This document shows, in pieces, positions 35,746-48,571 of a DNA stretch of 64,000 nucleotides. The stretch is from NCBI GenBank assembly GCA_013239625.1, contig MU053304.1:1922001-1986000 (forward strand), read 5' to 3'. Source of the stretch: Lama guanicoe. Taxonomy: Eukaryota. Position 1 is the stretch's first letter; each line of letters starts with the position of its first letter. Below the pieces are notes generated by a model. The model was not told the DNA's origin. It was given only the letters and a program-made list of their open reading frames with translations, and did no database searches. The position numbers were made by a program, and so were the translations under genes.

Positions 35746-36527
35746 CTTGGGCGAGCACAGATCTGGAGAGGTGCTGGAAAAAACCCTAATGGAATTTAAA
35801 ATGAGATCATATCGGTGGAAGCGTTCTGTAAAGTGCTTTGCAAAAAAAGGTGTCACATGCGATATTGCAAACCACAGAAGTGGCATCTGTTGCCTCCATC
35901 AAGAGCCCCTTCCCCTGGCCCTTGTCCCACTTGGCGCTCCCACCCTGGTATCCTCAGAAGTTTCTGCCTCTGCTCATCCTCTTCTGTGCTGCCCCGGAAT
36001 GCTTCCGGCCTGCTCAACAGATTTTAACTGACTTTAGTGGAACTCCTCTGGGGCTAGACTCACGTTTCATTTCCTTCTCCGGGTTCTAATTTTAAAGGGT
36101 AATTGTTGGGAGAAAGTTGATACTTGCGTTTCTGACTCCAAGTCGCTGGCATATGTTCTACATACCACTGTTTTCTGTTTTATTTTATTTTTAAGACTTG
36201 TGCAGTGACAAGAGCGGGTGCAGGTGGCCACAGACGTGGGCAGTGGGCTATCTGTCTTGCTTCTTACCCACTGTTTTGAAGCACTGCTTGGCTAAATGTA
36301 TTTTTAATTTTGCAGTTAAAAATAAAATTCTTGACAAATATCAAATTTAGCCAGAAATACTCAGGAATATGTAATTGTTCCCCAAGAAGGACCCTGATAA
36401 AAGGTTCTTCTAAAACATAGCAAAACCAAAATTACCAGCTAGCAGTAGGAGATAATTTTTTTTTTAATTATGGGGGTCTTTACTTCTGAACTGAATTTTT
36501 AAAATGCTTAAAAGAAAAAAAGTAGCT

Positions 36528-36667
36528 GGGGGAGGGTGTAGCTCAGTGGTAGAGTGCATGCTTAGCATGCACGAGGTCCTGGGTTCAATCCCCAGTACCT
36601 CCGTTAAATAAATAAATACGTAAATACACAAATAAATAAACAAACCTAATACCCCCGCCTCCAAAAC
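36528..36667 (+). mobile_element. tRNA-Ala(AGC)-derived SINE, best-preserved copy, with intact A and B boxes
   Basis: gggtgtagctcagtggtagagtgcatgcttagcatgcacgaggtcctgggttcaatccccagtacctcc, then (taaa)n and aacctaatacccccgcctcc. Confidence 0.95.
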
Positions 36668-39639
36668 TTTTTAAACGTTAAAGTTCCTAGACATTGGTAC
36701 AGTCTAGTTGCCTGTGCTGTTGGACAGAAGGCACTGGGCTAGGAGTGCAGACTTAGAGGAGGATCCAAGGACATCTCAGGAAGTCCCTTCATGCCAAATT
36801 TCTTTGACACAGCAGCCTGGCGGGATGCCTGGAATCCTGGTATTTGAGCTTAATTCTTTGTAATAAAGGCATGATTTCCTATCTAAATGCAAATGTCCCT
36901 AAAATGGTATCACATTAAGGTATTATCTAACATTAAAACTGGAATAACTTAGTTTAGTCAGGGGCTGACTTTAGTAGGAGAGAGAATAGGAGGTCATTCT
37001 AGAATCCAGCTGCTGCCTGGAGGTGTTGGGTGGGTCAGAGAACAGGGACCTGGTTTTGGGGAGGTGAGATTTGTCAGATTGGTCAGCAAATTGGCATCTT
37101 GTGTTTGGTTTCCGTTTCTTCCGAGTTTAGAAACGGGGGAGGCTGCTGGTCTTTGAGACATTCTTCTGAGACAGAGGTTATGCCCAACAGACAAAACAGT
37201 GTTGTTTTAGAGGCGACTGAGATGTTCTGTAAGTGCTCATCTGACGACGTCCATGACCTTGAGCCCCATTCCATTGCAGAAGCCTGTGTATGCAGCTCTC
37301 AGGGAAGACAGGAATTTGGGCTAGCTCATGGAATTTTTTCCCTTTCTAACACGAGCATTTAAAAATTCTAATTGGAAAAAATTATTTAAGACTGGTCCCT
37401 ACATGGGGGAATGTCAGGTATGACAGCCACACTGCTGGGTGGGTCCACCTTCATCAGAGCCTGTGCGCGCAAATGAGGAAGTGAGGTTAAGGTTTTTTCC
37501 AGCACTTAAAAGGATCTGGGTCAGCCCCAGGGCTTCCACCCCTCCCAGCCCTGTGATATGGAGGTTTCTGATGGTGGGGATCCTGAGGCTATAGGGAATT
37601 AAGTATACATTTCCTTGTTTCTGAATAAAGAACCTAAATCCAATATCTTATTCTAAGAATCATAAATGAGTTAGAAAAGAAACTTCAAGCAGCAAAATGG
37701 TTAGAATAGGGTATATTAACCAAGAAATTTTTGAAAGGAAGATACGAGTGGTGTTAGTGTTCTCATATTCAAAACTGGGATGCAGGTCTTCTCTCTGATT
37801 CAGAATTTGAGGACTAAGTGGTCACCAGGAAGAAGTCACTTCATGTGAATATTATAGACTAATAGAGACAGTCTGAGAGCAGGCAGGATTCACCTTGCCT
37901 GTGAACTTACCTAATTCTTTTGCCATCCCTGGGTTAACTATTTTAATGAGTTTCTTCTGGAAATTAGTAGAATGATTCTTTTCTAATTATCCTGGGGAAA
38001 CATATCTATTAGATATAATCTGCCTTTTGTTCAATATTAAAACAATGAAAGCGACAAACATTTAATGAGATAAGATTTAATTAAAATGAATGATAGGACC
38101 TTCCCACCTCTGCTGGTATTATTTCAATTTGTGTGAGTGTAAATTCAATTAAGTAAGAAAAACACTGATCAGATTAGGGATGCTATGTAAATAAAATCAT
38201 TCACAATAAGATGAAAAAATAGCCCCCCCACTTCAGTGCTGAAGGAATGTTTTTAGTTAAATGCCATGGTGTCACAGATTACATAATCAAGACTAACCTC
38301 TTGGAACTTAGGCTCTGATACCAATAATCTAGATTCACGTGCATATTCTTATTTCAACAGGAGAACAAGGGTCTGAAGAATTGCATTCACCTTCCATAAG
38401 GAAGGCTGAACTGATCCTTTAAATCAGCTCTATGCTGTCTTTTACTTTTTTTGCTTACAACCTCTCTATTTGGGTTGGCTTTGTGACTATCCACAAAAGT
38501 ACATAAACTATAAAGTAACCTATGAAGAAGTAAATAGTTGTGAAGAATGAGGCAAAGGAGAATTCTAGGTCCAACAGGAAAGTAAATCAAGGTTAAAGTT
38601 ATAAATTACAGGGGAAGACCCACATGGCTAAAGATGAGAACTGGGGAAGGGTGTTGGGTCGGTCGTGGCCCATGGATGCAGTAGCCCCATATGTGAAGGA
38701 GTCCAAAGGGAATGAGGGTGAACAGGAAACAGGGATGGAGGATGGAGAGGAGGAGGAAGAAGAACCACATACGAAAGTGATGTTCTGGGAGAGGAGCCGC
38801 GTCATCAAGGTGGGTGTCACACAGGCGGAGTTCTTCAGGTCTGTCTCCCCATCTCAGGGTCTTGAGGGTCAGATGGTGACAGAGGTGTTGAGAACTCAGT
38901 GGTTCATCCCTGAAGGACAAAATCTGCTTCTCAGAACTGACCCAAGGGTAGACCCAGAGCAATCAGAGTGAACGGTCAGGGCAGGGAGCTGGGGATTCTC
39001 TAAAAGGATCAGGCGCTGTACCTTTTACCTGGACCAGGTGTAGGTGCACCTCCTGCCTGGATCCACATCCATTTGAACACTTGACCTTCCTGGTCTCCAA
39101 GCCCTGTGAAGGGCCAGTGCAGTCTTAATGGGAACAAAGAGATTAGGGCTTCAGATGGTTTTACCCAACGCTGATTTCTAATCTCTGCCTATACGTCCTG
39201 GTTCTGAATCTAGCTTGTGATTTGATGTGTTGATTTTCACTACCCGACTCAAACAGGAGCTGGGAAGAGGGGCCAGTCAACCACTTACTTCTCCTGTGTC
39301 ACGGATAGAATCATTTTATCTGTAAGCGGCTGTGCTGAACCCTTTGCTATTGGACAGGTGTTGTGGAATTTCTGTTGTATCACTTTAGCTCTTACACCAG
39401 CTAAGTTTTTAAAACCACAACATAAATAATAGAGTCTTTGTGTTTCAGCACATCTCTTTTCATTTTCTCCGATTACTGACCTGAGGTCCAACAGGAAACA
39501 AAGTAATAAACAGTGTAAATTCCTTGCCCAAGGTCAAAGAGATGGAAGAACCAGGAAGAGGATCTCAGCAGGCAACGTTGTATTTTTTCTTACTACATTA
39601 CCTAGTCATCTGTGGTTCACTTTTCCTGTAGTTTCTTTT

Positions 39640-39793
39640 ATGTAGATGGAAAATCCTGGAATCAGATTTCCTGGGTTCACATTTTAACTCCCTAATTTGG
39701 CAGAACTTGGTCGATTTACTCAGTTTCCTCAAATCTGAAATGGGAATAACGGTACCAATGAGGATGACTGCATTTTGCAAAGCTCTTAGGACA
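39640..39793 (+). mobile_element. MIR
   Basis: cctgggttcac...ctcagtttcctcaaatctgaaatgggaataac. Confidence 0.7.
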
Positions 39794-40011
39794 GTGACTG
39801 ATGCCCTTAGAAAAAGGTGATTAGGACACAGACATATGCAGAAGGAAGATCATGTGAAGACACAGGGAGCAGGCGGCCATCTGTAAGCCAAGGAGAGAGG
39901 CCTTCAAAGAAACCAACTCTGTTGACAACTTAATCTTGGATTTCCCAGCCTCCAGAATGGTGAGAAAATAAATTTCTGTTGTTTAAGGCACCCAGCCCTG
40001 ACAAACTAACA
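39794..40011 (+). mobile_element. MaLR LTR 3' portion (MLT1B-like)
   Basis: catgtgaagacacagggag...ggccatctgtaagccaaggagagaggcc...cagcctccagaatggtgagaaaataaatttctgttgtttaag...aaactaaca. Confidence 0.85.
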
Positions 40012-40304
40012 GTGAGAACAGGAAGGAAACCCACGAGGCAGCTGTTGGCACCCCAGAGTGGCGTGAAGTCACTTGGGGTAGGAGAGTGACGGTGGGGACT
40101 TATGGCTTATTTGAGACTGACACCCAGGTCCATCAGCTCTAAGAGCTGGAAAGGCCTTGGAGGTTGTCCCCTTCAAGTTCCCACTCAGTGCATAATGCCA
40201 CCCTCAGAATCCCCTTTTACAGAATGTTGTTTGAACCCTGCCCTGCATTCTTTGTAACTTATTTCTTGCATTTCTCAATATGGTAAATTGTAAAAATGTC
40301 TTTA

Positions 40305-40500
40305 TAATCAGACTAGATCTGCCTCCTTCTGCCTCTGACTAGCTGTGTGACTTTGAGCAAGCTCCTTAAATTCTCCCATCTGTTTCCTCATTGGTGAAAT
40401 AGAAAAATAATGCCTGTCTTGCGAGATCGTTGGGAGGATTAAGTGAATCTGTGTGTGGTACTTGGCACATGGCGGGGACTTCCTTCAGTAAATGATGATT
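40305..40500 (+). mobile_element. MIR
   Basis: ctctgactagctgtgtgactttgagcaag...tgtttcctcattggtgaaatag...gggaggattaagtga. Confidence 0.75.
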
Positions 40501-43500
40501 TGGTACCCTGCCCTGTCCCCATCGGCTTTCCATCTGTGGAAAAAGTTACCACTGGTTTATCATCTTTGCTTTACATTTCAAATGTAATTCATAGTGAGTT
40601 TTCCATCCAAGGGAACTTGAAGAAGATGTTGGGAAGGACCTCTGTTCAACAATGAATCATTCTCATCAGTAATTTATACATCAAAGTGTCCACTTTATTA
40701 AAGCTTTTTCTTTATCATTTTCTTTTGATGTAGCAAAGGAAATAACTAGATGGCTAAATGGAATTTTAAAATAAGAAAGTAGAATGGTATGTCATGTACT
40801 TGTGGGACCAGGCTTTTTTTTTTTTCAGGTAAATTCAATAAAAGATGAATTTTCAGTGACATTCCTTTTTTTTTTTTAAGTCAAACATTACTTTTGTTAG
40901 TGGATTAGAATGTTGCAGCAAATAAAATCACAGATGTTGGTGAATTGGAGAGCAGGGTGATTACATGAAAATCTTATGCCTAATTATGGCCATGCTCTGA
41001 GTGCTAAGAAACACATAAGTTGCAGGGATATGGTTGGAAACTGCTTTGGAACATCTCCATTCTGCCAATCCATACATCCATTTTTAGGAAGAAAGTCTTC
41101 TACAAAATTTCCTGAAGGACATTGACTTCCTTCTCCCTTGAGTAATCAAGTAAACTTCAAAATCTTTTGGAAGGAAAAAGCAAGGGCCTCTTACTCATTA
41201 TGGTTTCTGTTATTTAGAATTTAACATTTAAGCCAAAGAAATGGATTCTAGGAATTCATGAATGTCAAGTCTTGAATTCGAAGTTTAGATGATCCATATG
41301 TTTGTAGGCTCAGTTTTTTTCTTTTTTAAATAAGCTACTACATGAGCAATTAACGAAACGAAATAGAAGAGCAAGAATATAACTAAGACTAATGGGAAAA
41401 TGAGACAACAAGCTATAGCAGTAAGAGTACATTATTTAAATTAAATGTTAAGCAATCGAACAGTGAGGCCCAGCCAATAGACAAGAATTTAGAAAATGTA
41501 ATCCACACAGGGCTTTCCTTTGAGATGGCTCGCTGGGCTCCCCACCAGGAGCACAGTCAGTCCCCGTGGCTGGGTTCCAGGTGCTCCCGTGTGGCCTGGG
41601 CTCAGGAGAAGGCATGTATAGGGGCTTTTACACCATACATAGGATTCCCAGATAGTCTCTTAAATTTTATGTCAAAATAATCCTTCCTGTCTCTTGAAAT
41701 ACTAAGTCTGGGTTTAGTAAAAAGCTAAATTCTGCACGTCTGAAAGAACACGCTAGGCTGATCTACTGACCCTTTAGTCACAGCTCACCTGTGCTTAATG
41801 AAATGAAAATGTGTGCTCTGGTTATTGCTTTTTATCAAGGTTTTTGTGTTCGTCAGCTATGCAGTTTCAGACCTGAATGATCACCTGCTCTGGTTCCTAG
41901 AGCTGGAATAATAGGTCTTTGGCTTAGAATGACAAGGATGAGGTGTCTGTGTCTGCTGTCCCCACAGATTCAGGATCAGGGCATTTGGGGTGATGGGACA
42001 GCTCAAGCTAGACCCTGACTAGTGCTGCATTGTTACACGAGTTAGACAGGATTCACTGCCTGCCTTTCCTTCATGTCCACTTAGGGCAATATAGGCACAT
42101 TGTCAAGGGGCCACCGAGCCCTTACTGAGGGAGTGATCTTCATGGACAGTTGCACCTGGAGGTCCTCCATTAACAAGGAGCAAAAAGATTCCAGAGCTTT
42201 CCAATGCTAGGAAACAGATTCTACTTCTTGACGCTCTCGTGTATGGAGAGCTAATTTAGAGAGGTCTTCTGAATTTTTACCCATAGGTTCTATAAGCAGG
42301 GATTCCTCTCTCCCAGCTGTGGCCTGGGCTGGTTGTGCCCTGTTCAGGATCCTGACATGCTGGGGAAGGTGAGACGTGGCCAAGCCTTCCCTTGGCATAG
42401 GATTGGCTGAGTCTCCTCTTCAAGAAGACTGAGTTGTTCAGAGGGAAATATGCTCAGTTACGTGATTCATATTATCCACAGGAGAAGACATGTCAGTCCC
42501 TTTGGGCAGGCAGAGCTTTTCCAGGCACTTGGATATGAAATAAGTTTCTGGAGTGGGACTTCATATACAGGGACCCAGGGTTGTTCACACAGCACAGTGT
42601 TCTCCACAGCATCCCTACGGTAAATGAACATCCCGCAGGGAGGAGCTGGATACAGGATGCTGAAATGTGATTCTAATGTTTCAAAGTTTTATCTTTCCCT
42701 TCTTGGGATTTAGCCAGACTCTTGAAAACAACAGATTTTTTATGACGGAAAATTTCAAACATATATGAAAGTAAGAGAGAGTAACTTGGCAAATCACCAT
42801 GTCTACATTGTCTGGTTTCAACAATTACCAACTCATTAGCTAGAGTTTTGACCCTACAGATGTTCAGATATTTAACTGTGAATAACCCAGATGTTGTTTG
42901 GAATCAGGCTGGTCCATGATGGAAATTGAAATTGGCTTTGAGGGTCTGTTAGCCAGGAGTGGCTTAAATCATCTCCTTTCTATTTTCAGAAGTCTGAGAC
43001 CATTAGTCACCTTGTGGTTTGAAATTATCCCCCTAATCCTTGTTCCACTGTTCCCTTTAGTATGAAGGTGTGGATGAAGAACGTGTAAGTGGCTCTGAAT
43101 GCATTTTAATAAAACACAAGTTCATCAGAGATAGACAGGGAAATAGGAGAAAAAGATCCTCACCCTGCACAAAACTCTCCTGCAAGTCTACCTTCAAGAA
43201 GCCGATGATAAAGTCAGCTTAATTCAATGAACATTCACATGTCTTTTATGGATGCAGACATCAAAGACCTCCAGTTCTGGCGAAGAATTGCCCGAAGATT
43301 CCAAGTCTGTCCATGAGTGATTAGGCATTTTATGTGCAAGAGATGCTTTCAACCCTCAGGAAGGATGTTTTTACTCTATTTGGACTCCTTGTTTGAATAA
43401 ATTTAGTATTATTCTTAAGGCTGAAGGAAATTAGAATCAGGGAACCAAAAAGACAGTCAATGATGCTGATACGGAAGACAGCAAGGGAGGAGATAGAAGA

Positions 43501-43629
43501 ACTACAGAAATCTGGAGCAAGAATAAAAATATTACTGTCATTGGGGGTTATTTTAGAGTAAGGGTGAAGGGCATCCCCACGTGGGTCTATGGTCCACAGA
43601 CCATCATGGTGATGATAGGATCACATGCA

Positions 43630-43835
43630 GCTGTGCATATAGAAGGATTTGGAATCTGATGATACGAGTTTAAGCCTTGACCTTACGCTTACCAGCTGGG
43701 ACACCTTAAACAATTTATCTAATCTCTCTGTTGAGTCTGTTCTCAGCTCCTAAAATGGATCTGGAAACATCCAGCTGACAGATGTGTTGGAGATTAAAGT
43801 GATAATGAAATGTAAGCAAGCTCTGTAAACAATGA
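43630..43835 (+). mobile_element. MIR
   Basis: ttggaatctga...cttaccagctgggacacctt...ctctctg...taaaatgg...ggagattaaagtgataat. Confidence 0.65.
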
Positions 43836-44559
43836 GATTTGTTCAGTGTCTAGTCAGCTGAGCCTTTTATGTCCATCCTGATGTCGCTGGGACACCAAAA
43901 AGGGATAAGTGTATTTTCTGTATACTTTGTTTAAGGGAGAAAGTCAGCAAGAATTGATAAATTCCGACTCTGAAAGAGACAAATAAAACTCCCCGAAAAC
44001 TTCTTTGTCTGGGATGATTTGTTCATGACAAGTAGGCTTTCCTGAGAGGTGAAGATTGGCAGAGAATGAGACAGAAAAAGTAAGTTGGGGCCAGATTGCC
44101 AGTGACCCGTGTGCCATGCTGGGGGAATTTAAGCTTTCTAATTCATACATTTGGCTCCATATTTTGTTAAGTATTGAAATATAAGAATACAAAAAATAAG
44201 TCAGAGTCAGAGAAAATAGAAACTGGGACGCAATCTCCAAGTCGGAAAGAGGAAGCAGCTATACAGGTCACGGCGCCCTGCAGTGCTGGTGACGTTGAAC
44301 TTCCAATAGACTGAGCAGCCAACTCAAAAGGGAGAGAAAATTCGGCACTCATATGGTCTACATCATTCATGAGGACAAAACACCAGCTCTCATGACTAGC
44401 AAAGCCTTTAAATGAGTGAATTTTCTCGGGTAGGACTTTTTAAATGAGGCAGAAAATGAAGTGTGGCATTTAACGTTCCTATAACGTCCCCCTGGTAAAC
44501 TCAACAGTAGGTTTAATAGGGGTGCTTCTTCAAGGTCCCTTCTCTTCCCCTTTGCTACT

Positions 44560-44740
44560 TAATTTTTCCCATAGCATTTATCACCACATTTACTGATTAT
44601 GAATCATTTTGTCTATTGTCAGTCACTCCCAACAGAATATAATCTCTGTGAGAGAGTTTTGCTGTTTTGTGTCCCCGAGCCCTTAGACCTGTGCCTGGCT
44701 CTTAAGTGCTCAGTATGTACTGGTGAACAAGTGAATGCAG
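44560..44740 (+). mobile_element. L2 3' end
   Basis: catagcatttatcacc...gtgcctggct...gtgctcagta...tgaacaagtgaatg. Confidence 0.65.
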
Positions 44741-45198
44741 GTATGATTGAAAGTATTTTAAGCTAGAACTTTTCAAAGCTTCCTACCCCTGTCCGAGAAA
44801 GTTTCATGACTGTGCAAATGGAATATTTGACTTCAAGCTGTTTAGAAAAATTGAGATTCTGTGTTGGCTTTTAAAATTAACCTCTCAGGGTCATTTTTCA
44901 TTTTCCTTGAAGAAATATTTTTACGTATAAAAATAAAATTATTTTGCAAGGAGGTACCTCTCTGTAACTTTGCTGTGCTACTATTTTTAACTTAGTTCAT
45001 TTTGTCTTTTATACCCATTAACTCAGAGGTTGGTGGTATCAGTCAGTGGGTTAAACTTCTCAAGGTTGATATAATAGTTTACAAATGTCAGTGATCAAAC
45101 CCAGCTTTTCAGAACAAATATGCTTGAGACATATTCCTTAATAAATATTTATAGCCCCTCACAGGTCAACAGTCTTGAAACTATTTTTTAAAAAGCCT

Positions 45199-45348
45199 TT
45201 AAAAACTATGTATTTATTTATTTATTATTTTATTTGGTGGAGGGGTAATTAAGTTTATTTAGTTTTAAAGTTGGTCCTGGGGATTGAACCCAGGACCTTG
45301 TGCTTGCGAAGCACACGCTCTACCACTGAAGCTACACCCTCTCCCAAC
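45199..45348 (-). mobile_element. tRNA-Ala-derived SINE with TSD
   Basis: ctggggattgaacccaggacc...ctctaccactgaagctacaccctctccc, with TSD taaaaagcct at 45189-45198 and 45349-45358. Confidence 0.9.
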
Positions 45349-47791
45349 TAAAAAGCCTCTTAATATTATAGGAAGGTTCTTTGTTCTTAGAAAATAGACC
45401 TTGGAAGAAATCTAACTCAATGGACGACATGACACAGAAAACACAAGATTTAACTAAAATTTTATGGTCATGAGCATGTAAACATTTGTTAATCTTCTTC
45501 CTCACCCATCAGTCAAAGTTTGAGAATCAGTTCAGCGCTTTACTTGGTCACAAGCAATTGTTTCAACAATTTCTTAAGGTTTCTTTTACTTCCTGTCTAA
45601 AACAAAGCAAAGCAAAATGTGCGGCTTTTGTTTTAGCTTTGAATTCAATCAGCGCTCACTCGAAGCTATTTGATTTGGGGCTTTTAATAATTTATTTTCA
45701 CAAGGAACATATTTTCCATGGAACTTGCCAGATGAATTATATGCAAAATGTATCCCCCAAATAACCAAAGAAATGTATCTGCAGTGCGGAATGGCTGGAT
45801 ACAAACCAAGTAAATTTTAGAGGACAGCAGCCAAAAGCAATGACATGGAGTGATTTCTTATGATGCTGAGGCCCGCTTGGAATTGTATGTGCTGGACATG
45901 CACCGCTTCTACATTCAGAAGCAGTCGCAGATCTGCAGATGCACAAGGAGCTCCAGACAGTCCCTGCAAATATCAGAATGTGCACTGTTGCCTATTTAAA
46001 CAAGGACAAGGTATTCCTTAGAAGACAGTTCTAGAAAAGGAGTTTCCTAGTTACAAGGCTGCCTTTCTAATAGTCCTTGATGAGCTTTTCCCAGCTCTCA
46101 ACTTCAAAGTCTATACAAACATACCCAAAAGGCAAAAACTGACAGCATCATGAAAAAATGAATAGGAAGCCAACTATTGCTAGAATGCAGAGGGAATTTC
46201 CATTTGCCACAAGGAGGAGTGAGACAATAGAAACAGGAAATATCTCCAACTTAAGTAGAAAAACCCATTGCCTTTATTTCCATTGTCCTGGTTTCTAAGG
46301 TGTAATTGGAGAATGTGTTCTTGAACTAAAGAGGAATTCAGTTGATAAGGATTCGTCAACCACCGCAACAAAACACATCCAATTAATGTAAGACACACCT
46401 ACATAAAATCTGGCTGTTTTGGTTGAGCTCAATGTCTTGTTTGACTGTCCGGTTTTTTGGTTGGTTGCTGAGGTCCGGGGTCTACCACTCCTGGTTTAGT
46501 CACGTGTGACAAGGAGCATCCTTTTATGGTGTAAATTATGGTCTCACCATGCAAGGGACAGTTTTTCTTAGAAAAGGAGTCTGTTGCGGGGAGGGCAAGT
46601 TAGATAGAAGGCATAGAAATATAACTCCAAAGAGAATGCAGCCATGAAACAGTTTTACCTCGTGACATCTGTGGGTTTTCCTCCCAGGAGTGTCAGGAGT
46701 TGGTAGTAGGGGATTTAAACATTCAATTCACTTATTGATAAGTTAGAGACAGAAAAAGATGATTTTTAAAAAATAGAATCTAAATGGCATTTTATAAAAT
46801 TCTATTATCATTCCAAGAAGTAAGTGGTAAATTCTACAAACCTCCTTTTGAAATCAAAATTATTCTGGACGCGCCACCCATGTAACCGTGAGGACTGGGG
46901 AAGAGAAGGTGACACTTCTGATTTGCAATTAATGTGCCCCCTTTTTTGGGGGGTGGGGTTGTTGTATCTAGAAAAGAGAATCAACTAAAACCTCTGACCT
47001 GTAATGAGATTCAGTGTGATGACGGGTAACATAATACCAGCATTTTCTGTATCAGTAATAATCACTATCAAATATGAAGGCTATACAAGAAAGGGGTGAG
47101 GAAAACATCTGATTAACAATAACTACAAAGAAATCTAAATGTTCAGGAGTAAATTTATCAAGAAATGGACAAGAACGATAAAACAGGAGACAAAAAATAT
47201 TAGAGAAGAAAGGGCAACCCTTTTGTTTTTTAGGAGAAAAGAAGGTGCTGTGTTGTACTTGTGTGGGTGGGTGGGGACTGGGTGGGATCCTGAGTGAAGA
47301 ACACCAGAAGGAGCAGGAGACTCTGAAAGATCAGGGGCGGGAGGCTGCCCCCACCTGCTCCAGAGGGAGGGAGGTGGGGCTTGGAGAGGCTGCGAACGCG
47401 GCTTTGGAACACCTGCCTGATGTGTGGGGCTTCAGGAGAGCTGAGAAAGGTGCTTTTAACTGTTTTTTAAGCAGTAAGTCTTGCTTATGCCATTCTCCTT
47501 TGCCTCCGCTCCTCTCTTCCTGAGCCTCTGCAGTAACGTCTCCCTTGCTTCACACAGGCTTCAGGGCCAGATCTGTGTTTCTGTACAAGCGTCACCACCC
47601 TCAGGCCAGCACTAGGAGAGCAGGAGGCTCAGTTTTATTTGGATTTTACAGCTGCCTCAGACATGATGCTTCCACTCAAATTCAGGTCTCTGGGTCTGAG
47701 TTATCGTCTTTTACTAAGATAAGGTTAATATAGCAAACCAAACAAAGTGGTTTCTTTTATTTTTTAAACTCTGCATGATTACTCAAACAAA

Positions 47792-47881
47792 TTTTTTTTG
47801 GAGGGTAGGTAATTAGATTTATTTATTTTTTCGGTGGAGGTACTGGGATTTGAACCTAGGACCTCAAGAATGCCCTCCCCC
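47792..47881 (-). mobile_element. Internally deleted tRNA-Ala SINE
   Basis: ggtaattagatttattt...ggaggtactgggatttgaacctaggacctc runs almost directly into ccctccccc, so the A-box region is missing. Confidence 0.8.
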
Positions 47882-48417
47882 TGCAAGGTTTCTTTTATTT
47901 TCTGTTACACCCAGGTCATCTGTGTGGCTGCACCTTGAGGCTCATTTACAGGCTGATTTAGTAAATTCTCTCCGTGCTCCGGAAGGGTGGGCCAGGTGAC
48001 ACATTTGATAATGTTTTCATCTCTAGCACTCTCCGTGCTGAAGAAGGCTTTTCGTTGGAGTGACATCCAATGTAATGGCTATAGCCCAGTATATCTGCTC
48101 TAGCAAAATTGTCACTTCCATGTCAGGTCGTTGAAACTATTTTTTGCTTAAAATAATTATTTCCATTTCTGGTGTAGGAAGATTGAAAACCCGTTGGGAG
48201 ACATATCAATAAAAATAAATGTTTGAAATTAAACTGTAAAGAAATACGCTATTTCACTGAAAGCTGTGATTTTAGTCGGATCAATGAATGGTATGATTAA
48301 AGTGTTCAGGGTTGGTGTATTTATAAAAATAAGTGGTACTTTCGAACTTTGAGTTTCATGGGCATCACACACATTTTAGAGGACTCGGGTAACATACACG
48401 GTATGTTTGTGTTTCAG

Positions 48418-48571
48418 GCAACGTTTTCCTGTGACTGTGATGAACAGTATGTGGGTACTTACTGTGAAGAATTTGACGCCTGCCAGAGGAGACCCTGCCT
48501 GAACAACGCAAGCTGCGTTGATGCGATCGAAAAGCAAGACGGGAGAAACTTCACCTGCGTCTGCCTCGCGG
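48418..48571 (+). CDS. DNER: DNER internal coding exon (probably exon 6): ATFSCDCDEQYVGTYCEEFDACQRRPCLNNASCVDAIEKQDGRNFTCVCLA(G)
   Basis: Acceptor tgtttgtgtttcag|GCA and donor G|gtatgg at 48572. The exon is 154 bp, phase 0 to phase 1, has EGF cysteine spacing and joins the previous exon in frame (KPSE|ATFSC), as in the recalled DNER sequence. Confidence 0.97.

Larger units (their letters stand above)
22370..48417 (+). other. DNER: DNER intron, 26,048 bp, GT-AG, phase 0
   Basis: Bounded by the two exons above. The spliced reading frame is continuous and no intervening DNER sequence appears to be missing. Confidence 0.9.

Noticed and set aside
35393..36031. Longest ORF in the window (212 aa)
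   Set aside because: Non-ATG start, overlaps a MIR, no recognisable domain, and a composition typical of chance frames.
36528..36602. Functional tRNA-Ala(AGC) gene
   Set aside because: It has an altered 5' end (gggggagggtgt) that disrupts the acceptor stem, and it carries the same SINE tail as several dispersed copies, so it is a SINE rather than a tRNA gene.
38624..38971. 115-aa ATG-initiated acidic ORF (…EEEEEE…)
   Set aside because: The acidic run comes from a purine-rich GAG/GAA tract. No recognisable homology or convincing splice context.
48025..48042. Possible REST/RE1 site (agcactctccgtgctgaa)
   Set aside because: The half-sites are mismatched and lack the canonical spacing, so it is too weak to call.
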